64,000 bases of DNA, from the NCBI GenBank assembly GCA_945872305.1, contig CAMCAC010000001.1:2970-66969 (forward strand), in the 5' to 3' direction. The notes beneath the pieces are model-generated. The model was not told the DNA's origin, did not search any database, and worked only from the letters and a program-made list of their open reading frames with translations. How positions within the stretch are numbered: position 1 is the first letter of the stretch; every line of letters begins with the position of its first letter. Positions 1 to 10,914 of this stretch are shown piece by piece. The DNA is from Candidatus Kuenenia stuttgartensis (lineage in GTDB: Bacteria; Planctomycetota; UBA11346). The position numbers were made by a program, and so were the translations under genes.

Positions 1-1510
<1,510 letters not shown>

Positions 1511-1622
1511 GGGATTCCTTGGGAGGGGCCGGGCGCCGGGGCCTGTCCTGAGGACCGTCGTGCGCGGACGGCGGTCGTCGGGAGAGGGTGCCCGGTGGCG
1601 GCGATGCGGAGGACGGACAAAG

Positions 1623-1655
1623 CGCGCGGGCCGGTCCAGGGGACCGGCCCGCGCG
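1623..1655 (-). terminator. Perfect 15-bp-stem hairpin (loop AGG) in the rpsO-pnp intergenic region: an rpsO attenuator/terminator and likely RNase III processing site of the pnp leader
   Basis: cgcgcgggccggtcc-agg-ggaccggcccgcgcg sits 13 nt after the rpsO stop. On the minus strand it is followed by CTTTGT. This matches the known architecture of rpsO-pnp intergenic regions. Confidence 0.5.
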
Positions 1656-1667
1656 GGGGAGGGAGGA

Positions 1668-1943
1668 TCAGGCCTTCTGGCGGATGCCGAGCTTCTCGGT
1701 GAGCGCGCGGTATCCGGCGATGTCCTTGTTGGACAGGTACTTCAGGAGCTTCTGACGGCGCGCGACGAGCATCAGCAGGCCGCGACGGCTGTGGAAGTCC
1801 TTCTGGTGGCCCTTCATGTGGCCGGTGAGGTGGTTGATCCGCTCGGTCAGGAGCGCGATCTGGACCTCGGTCGAGCCGGTGTTGGTGGCCTTGCCGCCGA
1901 ACTCATTGATGAGGACGGACTTGCGATCGGAGGGAGTAGGCAT
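1668..1943 (-). CDS. rpsO: 30S ribosomal protein S15
   Basis: 91-aa product [91 protein letters not shown] is unmistakable S15. The listed 228-aa ORF is an upstream in-frame extension. Confidence 0.95.
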   Translation of the reverse strand: MPTPSDRKSVLINEFGGKATNTGSTEVQIALLTERINHLTGHMKGHQKDFHSRRGLLMLVARRQKLLKYLSNKDIAGYRALTEKLGIRQKA

Positions 1944-2182
1944 GGGACGCGGTTCCTTGAGGGGCCTGACGGCCCGATGATGAGGCCCGGGGGGCGTTCG
2001 CGTGATCGCTCCCCCGCGCCGGTAGACCGGCCTTCTACCCGCAAACCCCTGGCGGGCAACCGGGGGGCGGGATGACCGGGTCCGCGGTTGCCACACCGGC
2101 CCCGGTCGGGTGTCCGCGGCCGTGGTACCCGGACCAGCCCGGGACATCCTGGCCCCATGCGTCCAGGCGGCATCGGCTGAAT

Positions 2183-2749
2183 ATGGACGCGTCCGCCCAG
2201 GATGCGGTGGTCGCCCGGATCCGGGCCGGCGAGCGGGAGGCCTACCGGCTCCTGATCGAGGCCCTGGAGCCCCAGGTCCGGGCCTTTGTCGCCGCCCGGG
2301 CGTCGTCCCGGGACCAGGTGGATGAGGTGGTCCAGGCCGCCTTCGTCGCCGCATTCCTGAAACTCGACCACTACCAGCCCGGCGCGTCCTTCGCGGCCTG
2401 GCTGAACGGATTCGCCCGCAATCTGCTGCGGGAATCCCATGCCGCCCGGGCCCGCCAATCGGGTCAGGCCGGCATCGATGAACTCGAAGGGCTGCTTGCC
2501 GCCACTGCCATCGACCACGAGGCCGATGATCTGGAGGTGCTGTCCGCCCACGCCCGGGCCTGTCTGGAGGGGTTGGCTCCCCATGCCCGGGACATTGCCG
2601 AGCGCCGCCTGATCCATGGTGAATCCCTTGAGCGGATCGCGGAACAGCATACGAAGACGGCCGCTGCCATCGCCACCATGCTGACCCGGATCAAGGCCGG
2701 GCTGCGTCGGTGCATCGAGCAGCGGGCGAAGGAGGCCCCCCATGGCTGA
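2183..2749 (+). CDS. ECF-type RNA polymerase sigma factor (sigma-70 regions 2 and 4)
   Basis: The product starts [42 protein letters not shown]... and has region-2 and region-4 style segments (…[15 protein letters not shown]…; C-terminal [32 protein letters not shown]). The start was chosen at an internal ATG; the 225-aa ORF has an improbable N-terminus. Confidence 0.75.
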   Translation: MDASAQDAVVARIRAGEREAYRLLIEALEPQVRAFVAARASSRDQVDEVVQAAFVAAFLKLDHYQPGASFAAWLNGFARNLLRESHAARARQSGQAGIDELEGLLAATAIDHEADDLEVLSAHARACLEGLAPHARDIAERRLIHGESLERIAEQHTKTAAAIATMLTRIKAGLRRCIEQRAKEAPHG

Positions 2750-3122
2750 GACCTGCACCCACCCGCTCGAGACATTTCTCGACGGCGGCGCCGTCGCCCG
2801 TCCGGCGGATCCCGCCGCCGTCCTCGCCGATCTGCGCTTTGATCTCGGCCTCCGCGCCGCCCTCGCCCCGGCCCGCACCGACGCCATCTGGGCCGCCTGC
2901 CTGGCCGCTGCCCCGGAGCGCCGCACCGGTGTGATCATCCCCTGGCGTCCCCTCGCGACCCTTGCCGCCGCGGCCACCCTGATGGCCGGCGTCGGCACCT
3001 GGTCGGTGGCCGCGTGGAGTGATGGCGCCGCTGCCGAACCGTCCACCACCGTCGCCCATCGCCCCTCGGCCCCGGAGATCGTGGCGGTCGTCGCGGTGTC
3101 CGACGCGGTGGTCTTGCCGTAG
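2742..3122 (+). CDS. Membrane anti-sigma factor (single TM helix), translationally coupled to the ECF sigma
   Basis: Overlaps the sigma stop by 8 nt (ATGGCTGA). The 126-aa product has a cytoplasmic N-domain and one hydrophobic helix (LATLAAAATLMAGVGTWSVAAW). The sigma/anti-sigma pair is called from context. Confidence 0.55.
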   Translation: MAETCTHPLETFLDGGAVARPADPAAVLADLRFDLGLRAALAPARTDAIWAACLAAAPERRTGVIIPWRPLATLAAAATLMAGVGTWSVAAWSDGAAAEPSTTVAHRPSAPEIVAVVAVSDAVVLP

Positions 3123-3256
3123 TCTCCGCCATCCCTGGTGACAGCCGTCTGGCGGGCTGGTGCAGAGCGCCGACCCGCTCAGCGCATGCATGACGATCTC
3201 GGCCACCTCTCGCCGGCATGGGAAGCCTCGGCACCCCTGCCGCGCGTTCGTGGCGC

Positions 3257-3275
3257 CGCTTCACGCCATCTTCAC
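3257..3275 (+). promoter_or_regulatory. PHO-box-like site: two 8-mers CGCTTCAC / ATCTTCAC with 11-bp period, 36 bp upstream of the GH3 operon start
   Basis: Same phased TTCAC motif as found upstream of pstS, phnC, phnF, btaA, the phytase-like gene and the phnM paralog in this window. Confidence 0.4.
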
Positions 3276-3310
3276 TTTCCCCCGCCCTGCCCGGTTCGCA
3301 TGGTGCGGGC

Positions 3311-4816
3311 ATGGTGCGTGGACTGCTCGGCTATGGCGTCGCCCGGCTCCTGGCCCTGGATGACCGACGCCCGGTGACGCCGGCTGGGATCAGGGCGGCC
3401 CAGGACCGGGAGCTGGCACGGATCCTGGCCCGGCTGGGGCCGACCGCGGTGGGCCGGCGTTTCGGGCTGGGAGACCTCCGGGATGCGGCAGCGTTCCGGG
3501 ACCGGGTCGCGCCGACGGGGTATGGCGATTACGCTGGAGAACTGGCCCGCAGCGCCCAGGGCGAGCCGGATGTGCTGTTCCCTGGCCGGCCCCGGGCCCT
3601 GGCCCAGACCAGCGGCACGACGAGTTCCGGCGCCGCCGGCGAGCGCTTCATCCCCCAGGGAGCCGACCTCCTCGACCACCACGCCCGGGGCGGCCGGGCG
3701 GCTTTGGCGCGGCTCGCGGCGGCGGTGGGGCCGCGGTTGTTCGCCGGGCGGATGCTCATGCTCGGCGGCTCCACCAGCCTGACGGCGAATGCCCACGGGG
3801 TGCCGGTGGGGGATCTGTCGGGCATCGTGGTCGACCGCATCCCGTCCTGGCTCCAGGGCTTCTACGAGCCGGGCCGGGCCATCGCCCTGGAATCGGACTG
3901 GGAGCGCAAACTCGCGCGCATCGTCGAACGGCTCGCGCACCGGGATGTGCGGCTCGTCAGCGGCATCCCGAGCTGGATGCTGGTCCTGTTCGACCGCCTG
4001 TGCCGGGCCCGGGGGGTGGAGCGCCTGCGCGACGCCTGGCCGGACCTGGCGGGGTTGATCCACGGTGGCCACGCGGTGGCGCCGACCCTGCCGATGCTGC
4101 GGCACCACCTGGATCCCGCGACCCGCCTGGTCGAGGTCTATCCGGCGAGCGAGGGCTTCCTCGCGGTGGGCAGCCGGGCCTGGACCCCGGACGAGGACGG
4201 TCCGCCGCCCCTGGCCTGCCTGTGTGCGCATGGGATCTGGCTCGACTTCCTGCCCGAGGACGGCGGCCCCGCGGTGGGCGCCGACGGGCTCGAGGACGGT
4301 CGGCTGTACCGGATCCTGGTCACGACTCCCGGCGGACTGCTGCGCTACCAGATCGGTGATCTCGTGCGCGGCTGCGGGCCGGGGCTGCTCCGGGTCGCGG
4401 GCCGGGTGCGCTGCCGCATCTCGGTCTTCGGCGAGCATGTGGAAGGGGACCACCTGGACGCGGCCATCACCGCCGCCGGCCTCCGGGTCGCCCACTACCA
4501 CGTGGCTCCGGTGCTGCCCACGCCGGCGGAGCCCCGGGGCCGCCACGAGTGGTGGATCGAGAGCCCCGACCCCATCGATCCCGTCGCGGTGGCCGCGGCC
4601 ATCGACCGTCATCTCCGCGCGACGGTCCTCGACTACGACGCCCACCGGGCCGGCGACCAGCAGTTGCTGGCGCCGACGGTGGTGCCGGTGCCGCCGGGGA
4701 CCTTCGCCGCCGCCCTCGCCGCCCAGGGCAAGCTCGGTGGCCAGCACAAGGTGCCCCAGGCCTGGGCCGACCGCACCGTCGCCGACCGTCTCGCCGCCGC
4801 GGCCACCCTCCCATGA
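3311..4816 (+). CDS. GH3-family (auxin-responsive GH3-like) acyl-acid amido synthetase / adenylating enzyme
   Basis: Product MVRGLLGYGVARLLAL...AQTSGTTSSGAAGERFIP... carries the GH3 P-loop-like SGTTSG motif and GH3-like downstream segments (YRYQIGDLVR). Start set at the internal ATG 3311, after the Pho box. Confidence 0.7.
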   Translation: MVRGLLGYGVARLLALDDRRPVTPAGIRAAQDRELARILARLGPTAVGRRFGLGDLRDAAAFRDRVAPTGYGDYAGELARSAQGEPDVLFPGRPRALAQTSGTTSSGAAGERFIPQGADLLDHHARGGRAALARLAAAVGPRLFAGRMLMLGGSTSLTANAHGVPVGDLSGIVVDRIPSWLQGFYEPGRAIALESDWERKLARIVERLAHRDVRLVSGIPSWMLVLFDRLCRARGVERLRDAWPDLAGLIHGGHAVAPTLPMLRHHLDPATRLVEVYPASEGFLAVGSRAWTPDEDGPPPLACLCAHGIWLDFLPEDGGPAVGADGLEDGRLYRILVTTPGGLLRYQIGDLVRGCGPGLLRVAGRVRCRISVFGEHVEGDHLDAAITAAGLRVAHYHVAPVLPTPAEPRGRHEWWIESPDPIDPVAVAAAIDRHLRATVLDYDAHRAGDQQLLAPTVVPVPPGTFAAALAAQGKLGGQHKVPQAWADRTVADRLAAAATLP

Positions 4817-5796
4817 TCGATCTCCTCTTCTCCGCCCCGTCCGTCACCGAGGGCACAGCCGACCCCGTGGCGGCGCCGCCCTCCCCCCGGCCTCTGCTCA
4901 CCATCGACCGCGCCAAGGGGCGCGGCCCGCTCCGATTCCTGTGCGTGCCCGGCCTGGTTCCGGACGGCCCCGAGACGTTCCTCCGCCAGCGCAAACTGCT
5001 CGCCAAGTTCGGACCGGCGGATGTGGTGACCTATCCGCCGGACCGCTTCGATCTGGACCGCGCCCTGGCGGAGATGGAGGCGTATCTGCGCGAGGACCCC
5101 AAGGTCCGCACCGTCCTGGTCGGGGTCAGCGTCGGTGGCGGCCTGTGCCTGGAGCTGCTCCGCCGGGCCCGGGAGGCCAAGCGACCGCTGCCCCTGCACG
5201 GGGTGGTGCTGATCAGCCCGCTCACCTGCACCGCGGACCTGTCGCCGATCCTCAGCAAGCTGCTGGCTCCCATCCTGACCGAGATGGACAAGGCCGAGGC
5301 GGGTCGGCCCGAGGTGGCGCTGGAGCGCGGCCGGTCTTTCTTCAAGGGGCTTGCCAGCCGCTCCGCGGGCACCGCCCGGGCGCAGCAGGGCTGGCGCAAG
5401 GTGGCGAGCCTGTTCACACCCGCGGGCCTGGCGGAGCTGGTCGATGGCCGCATCCGCAAGCGCATCGAGGCGACCCTGGACCGCATCACCCCCGCCGGCG
5501 CGGTGCAGCGGGTCGAGGCGTTGCGCCGGCTGCCCGGACTGGGTGTCTCGCGCACGCCCTACGTGGAGGTTCCGACCCTGCTCCTGTGGGGCGCCAAGGA
5601 GCGTCACACCCTGGACATGGACGGCCCGGGCACCCGTATCCTCTGCCGGCCCGACCTGGCGGTGAAGGTGTTCCCCAAGGCCGAGGTCCACTGGATCTAC
5701 GACAAGGACGGCGAGGAGGTCCCGCACGCCTCGCTGCTCCGCCACGCCAAGGCGTTCAACCGCCCGCTCAAACGCTTCCTCAAGCGGATCGCATGA
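4813..5796 (+). CDS. Alpha/beta-fold hydrolase
   Basis: Start overlaps the GH3 stop (ATGA). The product MIDLLFSAPS...VLVGVSVGGGLCLELL has a GXSXG-type nucleophile elbow and the length and secondary-structure rhythm of alpha/beta hydrolases. Confidence 0.65.
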   Translation: MIDLLFSAPSVTEGTADPVAAPPSPRPLLTIDRAKGRGPLRFLCVPGLVPDGPETFLRQRKLLAKFGPADVVTYPPDRFDLDRALAEMEAYLREDPKVRTVLVGVSVGGGLCLELLRRAREAKRPLPLHGVVLISPLTCTADLSPILSKLLAPILTEMDKAEAGRPEVALERGRSFFKGLASRSAGTARAQQGWRKVASLFTPAGLAELVDGRIRKRIEATLDRITPAGAVQRVEALRRLPGLGVSRTPYVEVPTLLLWGAKERHTLDMDGPGTRILCRPDLAVKVFPKAEVHWIYDKDGEEVPHASLLRHAKAFNRPLKRFLKRIA

Positions 5797-6308
5797 TCCC
5801 GCGGTGCATCGCGGAGCAGGAGCGCTACCGCCACCGCCGCGCCGTGGTGGTCGAGGAACGCTGGGTCACCGTGGATGGCGAGGTGCTGCGCCCGGTGGTG
5901 CGCTTCCCGACCACCGTCGGCATCATCGCCTGTCCCGTTCCCGGCCGCATCCTGATGGTCCGCCAATGGCGCTATCCGGTGCGCCGCTTCACCGTCGAGA
6001 TCCCCGCCGGCACGGTGGAGCCGGGCGAGGATCCCCTGGCGGCGGCGGTGCGCGAGCTGCGCGAGGAAACCGGCTGGGGCGCGACGGCGGTGCACGAAGT
6101 CCTGCGCTACACCCCGGAGCACGGCACCAGCGACGAGACGGTGATCCTGGTCGAGGCCACCGGCTTGCACCTGGCCCCGCTGCCGCCGGATCCCGGCGAG
6201 CAGTGCGAGGTGCTGGACCTGCCGGTGGCGGAGGCCCGGGCCCAGGCCATCGCCGGCGGACCCGACGCCCGCACCCTGCTCGCCCTGGCCCGGCTCGGCG
6301 CCGGCTGA
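5793..6308 (+). CDS. NUDIX hydrolase
   Basis: Start overlaps the hydrolase stop (ATGA). Clear Nudix box GTVEPGEDPLAAAVRELREETGW (GX5EX7REUXEEXGU). Confidence 0.8.
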   Translation: MIPRCIAEQERYRHRRAVVVEERWVTVDGEVLRPVVRFPTTVGIIACPVPGRILMVRQWRYPVRRFTVEIPAGTVEPGEDPLAAAVRELREETGWGATAVHEVLRYTPEHGTSDETVILVEATGLHLAPLPPDPGEQCEVLDLPVAEARAQAIAGGPDARTLLALARLGAG

Positions 6309-6318
6309 TCGACACAGG

Positions 6319-6337
6319 GTCTTCATCGGGCCTTCAC
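6319..6337 (+). promoter_or_regulatory. PHO-box-like site (GTCTTCAT cgg GCCTTCAC) 21 bp upstream of the phnM paralog
   Basis: 11-bp phased TTCAY 8-mers; same motif family as the other Pho-type promoters here. Confidence 0.4.
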
Positions 6338-6357
6338 CGGCACGGGTACACGGGCGC

Positions 6358-7504
6358 CATGCTCCACGCCCCACCCACCACCAAGCCCCTCCGCATCACC
6401 GGCGCCCGCGCCCTGGTCGACGGCGGTTGGAGCGAGGAGCCGGTGGCGATCGAGGACGGCTGCATCACCGCAGATCGCGGTGGCTTCGCCGAGTGGGATG
6501 CCCGGGGCCTGCTCCTGCTGCCGGGCATCGTGGACATCCACGGCGATGCCTTCGAACGGGCGGTGCAGCCCCGGCCCCGGGTGGAGTTCCCGTTCGATCT
6601 TGCCCTTGGGGAATGCGATGGCTGGCTGCTCGCGGCGGGGGTGACCACCTACCTCATGTCGGTCACCGATTCGGTGGAGCCGGGGTTGCGCTCCCGCTCC
6701 ACCCTGCGCCGGCTGATGAGCGCCCTCGATGGCGCGGGCCGCCACCGTCTGCAGGCGGACTGGCACATCCACATCCGCCACGAGATGACCCTGGTCGACG
6801 GCCACGACGAACTCCTCGCGTGGATCCACGAGGGCCGCCCGGCGATGCTCTCGATCGCCGACCATCTCCCCCTGGATGCGGACGATGCCGAGGCGGGGCG
6901 TTACCACCGATCCGCGCTGCATCGCACCGGGATCGCCCCGGCGGAACTCGATGACCTGATCCGCACCGGCGTGGCGGACCGGGAGCATGGACGGGCCCAG
7001 GCGATGGAGCTGGCCGCCGCGGCCCGGGCCGCCGGCATTCCCCTGGCCAGCCACGACGACGACAGTCCCGCCCAGGCCGCCGCCAGCGCCGCCCGGGGCT
7101 GCACGGTGGCGGAGTTCCCCCTGGATGCGGCCACCGCCCGGTCCGCGCGCCGCCACGGCATGGGCGTGCTGGTCGGCGCCCCCAACCTGGTCCGCGGCCG
7201 ATCCCATATCGGCGCCCTGGGAGCCGCCGACGCGGTGCGCATGGGCCTCGCCGACGCCCTGTGTTCCGACTACCATTTCGCCAGCCTCTTCGCGGCACCG
7301 TCGGTCCTTGCCGAGCAGGAGATCCTCCCCCTCGAACAGGCCTGGGAGCTGGTCAGCGCAGGTCCCGCCCGCCTCGCCGGCTTGCGGGACCGCGGTGCCA
7401 TCCGGACGGGATTGCGCGCCGACCTGCTCCTCGTCGAACCCGGCCCCCAGCTCCGGCTGCGCGCCGTGATCGTCGCCGGCCGGGTGGTGGCATCGTTCGC
7501 GTGA
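6358..7504 (+). CDS. phnM: PhnM-family amidohydrolase (alpha-D-ribose-1-methylphosphonate 5-triphosphate diphosphatase paralog), outside the C-P lyase operon
   Basis: Product MLHAPPTTKPLRITGARALVDGGW...LPGIVDIHGDAFER...ASHDDDSPAQ...EFP...GAPNLVRGRSHIG... shares all hallmark PhnM blocks with the second copy at 9077-10222. Confidence 0.8.
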
Positions 7505-7559
7505 GGGTTCCGCTCGGCATGTCGGGCAAGATCAGGTGATGGATGGGAGCAGCGGTGAT

Positions 7560-7705
7560 CAGGGACCGCCGAGCATGGCTCGGCCCTGGTTTCATGAAGC
7601 CCTGCTCGCCTTGGTTTCTGTGGGGTCGGCGGGGTCGATGCCGAGCGATGCTCGGCGGTCCCTGAGAGCGGGGTAGACAGGGACCGCCGAGCATCGCTCG
7701 GCACC
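7560..7705. repeat. REP-like palindromic repeat cluster: three copies of CAGGGACCGCCGAGCATSGCTCGG, two forming a ~24-bp inverted repeat hairpin
   Basis: Copies at 7560-7588 and 7678-7705 are direct; the copy at 7641-7664 is inverted. They lie in the convergent gap between phnM (+) and the hexapeptide transferase (-). Confidence 0.5.
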
Positions 7706-7713
7706 GGTCAGAC

Positions 7714-8367
7714 CTACGGTGCGTAGCGCTCCGCGAACTCGGCCATGGGCAGGGCGAGGTCCGCGGCCCGGGCGACCAGGACGGCGCGATCCCAGTCCCA
7801 CCAGCGGGTGGCGAGCATGCGCTCCGCCAGGGGCGGATCCGCCCGCCACTTGATGAAGCGGGCCGGCACGCCGCCGACGATGGCGTAGGGCGGTACGTCC
7901 TTGGTCACCACCGCGCCGGCGGCGAGCACCGCGCCGGTGCCGACGGTGACGCCGGGCAGGACGATGACCCCGTGGCCGATCCACACATCGTGGCCGATCA
8001 CCACCCGGTCGGCGCCGCGGTCGGCGAAGAACGTCGCGTCATCCTCCCCGGCGAAGCCGTACTGGGCCCGGCGGTAGGTGGCGTGGTGCTGGGTCGCCCG
8101 CTCCATCGGATGGTTGCCGGGACCGATCCGGGTCGCGGCGGCGATGGAGCAGAAGCGGCCGACCACGGTGTTCGCCAGGTCCGCGCCGTGGGCGGCGTAA
8201 CTGTAGTCGCCCAGGTCGCAGTCCGCCATCCGGCAGCCGTCCATCAACTCAGTCCACGTCCCGAGCCGGCTGCGCACCACGCGGACACCGGTGCGCAGGC
8301 AGGGCAGCTCCGACAGGGCATCATCGCGCCAACGCCCGGTGCCGGCGACGGTGTCGATCAACTCCAT
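7714..8367 (-). CDS. Phosphonate-metabolism-associated transferase, hexapeptide-repeat (LbH) family
   Basis: 217-aa product MELIDTVAGTGRW... has left-handed beta-helix hexapeptide repeats (VIGHDVWIGHGVIVLPGVTVGTGAVLAAGAVV). It is the last gene of the phn operon, overlapping the phnP start by 10 nt. A hexapeptide transferase is a recurrent accessory gene of C-P lyase operons. Confidence 0.7.
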   Translation of the reverse strand: MELIDTVAGTGRWRDDALSELPCLRTGVRVVRSRLGTWTELMDGCRMADCDLGDYSYAAHGADLANTVVGRFCSIAAATRIGPGNHPMERATQHHATYRRAQYGFAGEDDATFFADRGADRVVIGHDVWIGHGVIVLPGVTVGTGAVLAAGAVVTKDVPPYAIVGGVPARFIKWRADPPLAERMLATRWWDWDRAVLVARAADLALPMAEFAERYAP

Positions 8368-9086
8368 GCGATCCGCTCCCCGTCGTGGCCCACCGCGCAC
8401 CACGGGGGCAGCACGGTCCCCTCGTCGAGATGGCATTGCAGGTGGTGGCCGATGTGGACCAGCCGCCCGGCGGTGCAGCGGATCGCCGTCAGGGCCGCCA
8501 CCGCCCGGGGCAGGTCGTTGTGGCGTTTCTCCTCGGCCCGGGGGTCGTCGGGCGGGAACGAGCAGTCGATGGCCCCGAGATCCGGGCGCAGGGCGGCGAG
8601 GAACGCGGTGGTCCGCTCCGGCAGGCCGAGGGTGTCGGTGAGCCAGGCGATCCGCCGGGGGCCCTCCACCAGCCAACCGACCGCGGGGATGGTGTGGTGC
8701 AGGGGCACCGGCGTGGCGGTCCAGCCGTTCGCCAGGGCTATGGACACGAAGGGTTCCACCACCCGGATGCGCAGGCCGGGCACCCGGTCCTCGACCGCGA
8801 TCCGGCGGTCCGGATCCTCGGGCCCCCACACCGGCCGGCCGGCGGCGACGGCGGCGATCTCCGCCACATGGTCCGGGTGGTAGTGGGTCAGGAGCAGCGC
8901 GTCGGGCCGGTCGGGGCCCACCAGCCCCGCGTCCACCTGGACACTGAACCGGTGGTCCGCGATCCACGCGCAGGTGTGGCGGCGGGACGGCCCGGTGCCG
9001 GTCCGGGCCCGGTCGCAGGCGCCGCAGATGCAGCCGGCGGCGGGGATGCCGCTGGTGGTGCCGGTGCCGAGCAGGGTCAGACGCAT
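8358..9086 (-). CDS. phnP: PhnP, phosphonate metabolism phosphodiesterase (metallo-beta-lactamase fold)
   Basis: Product MRLTLLGTGTTSGIPAAGCICGACDRAR...LLLTHYHPDHV... has the PhnP N-terminal Cys cluster and the HxHxDH motif. Overlaps the phnM start by 10 nt. Confidence 0.8.
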   Translation of the reverse strand: MRLTLLGTGTTSGIPAAGCICGACDRARTGTGPSRRHTCAWIADHRFSVQVDAGLVGPDRPDALLLTHYHPDHVAEIAAVAAGRPVWGPEDPDRRIAVEDRVPGLRIRVVEPFVSIALANGWTATPVPLHHTIPAVGWLVEGPRRIAWLTDTLGLPERTTAFLAALRPDLGAIDCSFPPDDPRAEEKRHNDLPRAVAALTAIRCTAGRLVHIGHHLQCHLDEGTVLPPWCAVGHDGERIAWS

Positions 9087-10222
9087 GCGGGCCGGTCCAC
9101 GGTGTCGAGGACCTTGCGCCCAGCGACCAGCACCGCCTGGACCGTGGGCCGTTGGGCATCCACGAGCAACAGATCCGCCCGTTGGCCGAGGGCGATCGCG
9201 CCACGGTCGCGCAGCCCCGCCGCCCGGGCCGGCATCAAGCTCACCAGCCGCACCGCATCCGGCAGACTGAGGGGGGACACCTCCGGGAGCATGAGCGCCG
9301 CCGCCAGGAGCGAGGGCGGATGGTAGTCCGCGCACAGCCCGGTGCAGGCGCCGGCGAGGATCACATCCAGGGCCCGGACATTGCCACCGCTGCTCCGGCC
9401 GCGCACCACGTTCGGTGCCCCGAACAGGGTGACCATGCCCGCGTCCACCGCCGCCTGGGCGGCGGCGAGACCGATCGGGAACTCGCTGATCGTCACCCCC
9501 AGCCGCTGCATGGCGGCGACCTTTTCCGGGGTGTCGTCGTCGTGGCTGGCCAGGGCCACGCCGTGCTCCCGGGCCAGGGCGGCGAGGCGGTCCATGCGCG
9601 CGGCGCCCTCGTCCCGGGCGGCGACCTTGGATTCGCCGATGCGGATCGATTCCGCTTCGCTGGTGTGGTAGGTGCGGGTCATGTACGCGACATAGGCGCC
9701 CATGTCCGCGAACTGGCCCTGACCCGGGCTGTGGTCCATGAACGACACGAGTTCGGTCTGGCCGTCGGCGATCAGCTCCGCCACCGGGGCTTCGCCGCCG
9801 GCGTCGGTGATCTCGTAGCGGGCGTGGACCCGGTGCTCGACCAGGCCGGAGAACCCGCGCACCGTGCGCACCACCTCGGCGGCGACCCGGCAGTCCCGCA
9901 CGCCCCATTCGCCGCCGGCGAAGGAGATCGCGTGGTACACGGTGGTGATGCCGGCGTGCAGGTTGCGGCGGTCGGAATTCGCCAGGGCGAAGCCGTGGTC
10001 GAAGGCGACCCGGGGCCGCGGCTCAACCTCTTTTTCAAGGGCGTCGCAATGCAGATCGACCAGCCCGGGCAGGCAGCGGGCGCCGCCACCGTCGAGCTCC
10101 TGGTCGATGTCCGGGGCCACCGGGCAGATGGAGCGGATGATGCCGTCCTCGATCAGCAGGGAGCCATCATGGACAACCGCATCCGGCAGGACGAGGTCCA
10201 CATGGGAGATCAGGCGGCGCAT
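9077..10222 (-). CDS. phnM: PhnM, RPnTP diphosphatase (amidohydrolase superfamily)
   Basis: Product MRRLISHVDLVLPDAVVHDGSLLIEDG...LPGLVDLHCDALEKE...ASHDDDTPEKV...SEFP...GAPNVVRGRSSGGN sits in operon position between phnL and phnP. Confidence 0.85.
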   Translation of the reverse strand: MRRLISHVDLVLPDAVVHDGSLLIEDGIIRSICPVAPDIDQELDGGGARCLPGLVDLHCDALEKEVEPRPRVAFDHGFALANSDRRNLHAGITTVYHAISFAGGEWGVRDCRVAAEVVRTVRGFSGLVEHRVHARYEITDAGGEAPVAELIADGQTELVSFMDHSPGQGQFADMGAYVAYMTRTYHTSEAESIRIGESKVAARDEGAARMDRLAALAREHGVALASHDDDTPEKVAAMQRLGVTISEFPIGLAAAQAAVDAGMVTLFGAPNVVRGRSSGGNVRALDVILAGACTGLCADYHPPSLLAAALMLPEVSPLSLPDAVRLVSLMPARAAGLRDRGAIALGQRADLLLVDAQRPTVQAVLVAGRKVLDTVDRPACV

Positions 10223-10914
10223 GGGGCCTCCGGGCGGCGCAGGGTGACGACCTCGTCCGCCAGGGCGGCGACCAGGTCCGGATCATGGAAGATGGCGAGG
10301 ATGCCCACGCCGTCGGCCTTGGCGGCGCGGATCGCCGCCACCACCAGCTCGGCGCTGCGCCGGTCCAGGCTCGCGGTGGGTTCGTCGAGCATGAGCAGCC
10401 GCGGCCGGTGGACGAGTCCGCGGGCGAGGTTCACCCGCTGCCGCTCGCCGCCGCTGAAGGTCGCCGGTGGGATCCCCCACAGCCGCTCCGGCAGGTCCAG
10501 TTCCCGCAGACGTTCCTCCGCCGCCGCCCGGGCCGCGGCGCGGCCGGCGCCGATAGCGACCAGGGGCTCCGCCACCACATCCACCGCCGGCTGGCGCGGC
10601 AGGCAGTGCAGGAACTGGGTCACATAGGCGATGTCCCGGGCCCGGATCCGCAGGGCGGTGGGCTCGTCGCAGGCCGCCAGATCCATCGCCCCGTCCGCGG
10701 CGGCGAAGCGGATCGTCCCACGCTGCGGCAGATAGGTCCGGTACACGCACTTGAGCACCGAACTCTTGCCGGCCCCGCTCGGTCCGACCAGGGCGGTCAA
10801 CCGCCCCGCCCGCACCGTGAACGACGCCCCAGCCACGCTCGGGATCATGGTCCCGGTGTGGTGGAGGGTGAAGGATTTGTGCAGGTCGGTGACGGTGAGG
10901 ATGGGATCGTTCAT
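10210..10914 (-). CDS. phnL: PhnL, C-P lyase ATP-binding component
   Basis: Product MNDPILTVTDLHKSF...GPSGAGKSSVLK...FSGGERQRVNLARG...LDEPTASLD is an ABC-type ATPase. It overlaps the phnK start by 4 nt and the phnM start. Confidence 0.85.
   Translation of the reverse strand: MNDPILTVTDLHKSFTLHHTGTMIPSVAGASFTVRAGRLTALVGPSGAGKSSVLKCVYRTYLPQRGTIRFAAADGAMDLAACDEPTALRIRARDIAYVTQFLHCLPRQPAVDVVAEPLVAIGAGRAAARAAAEERLRELDLPERLWGIPPATFSGGERQRVNLARGLVHRPRLLMLDEPTASLDRRSAELVVAAIRAAKADGVGILAIFHDPDLVAALADEVVTLRRPEAPCAA

Noticed and set aside
2137-2165. Possible ECF-type autoregulatory promoter (GGGAC-N16-GCGTC) upstream of the sigma gene
   Set aside because: Only a loose match to GGAAC-N16-CGTC consensus motifs. 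It cannot be distinguished from chance in GC-rich sequence without the genome background.
4065-6308. 747-aa plus-strand ORF spanning the GH3 gene to NUDIX
   Set aside because: Only its last 171 aa (from ATG 5793) have a recognisable fold (Nudix box). The upstream part is an alternative frame of the GH3 and hydrolase genes with Arg/Pro/Gly-rich nonsense composition.
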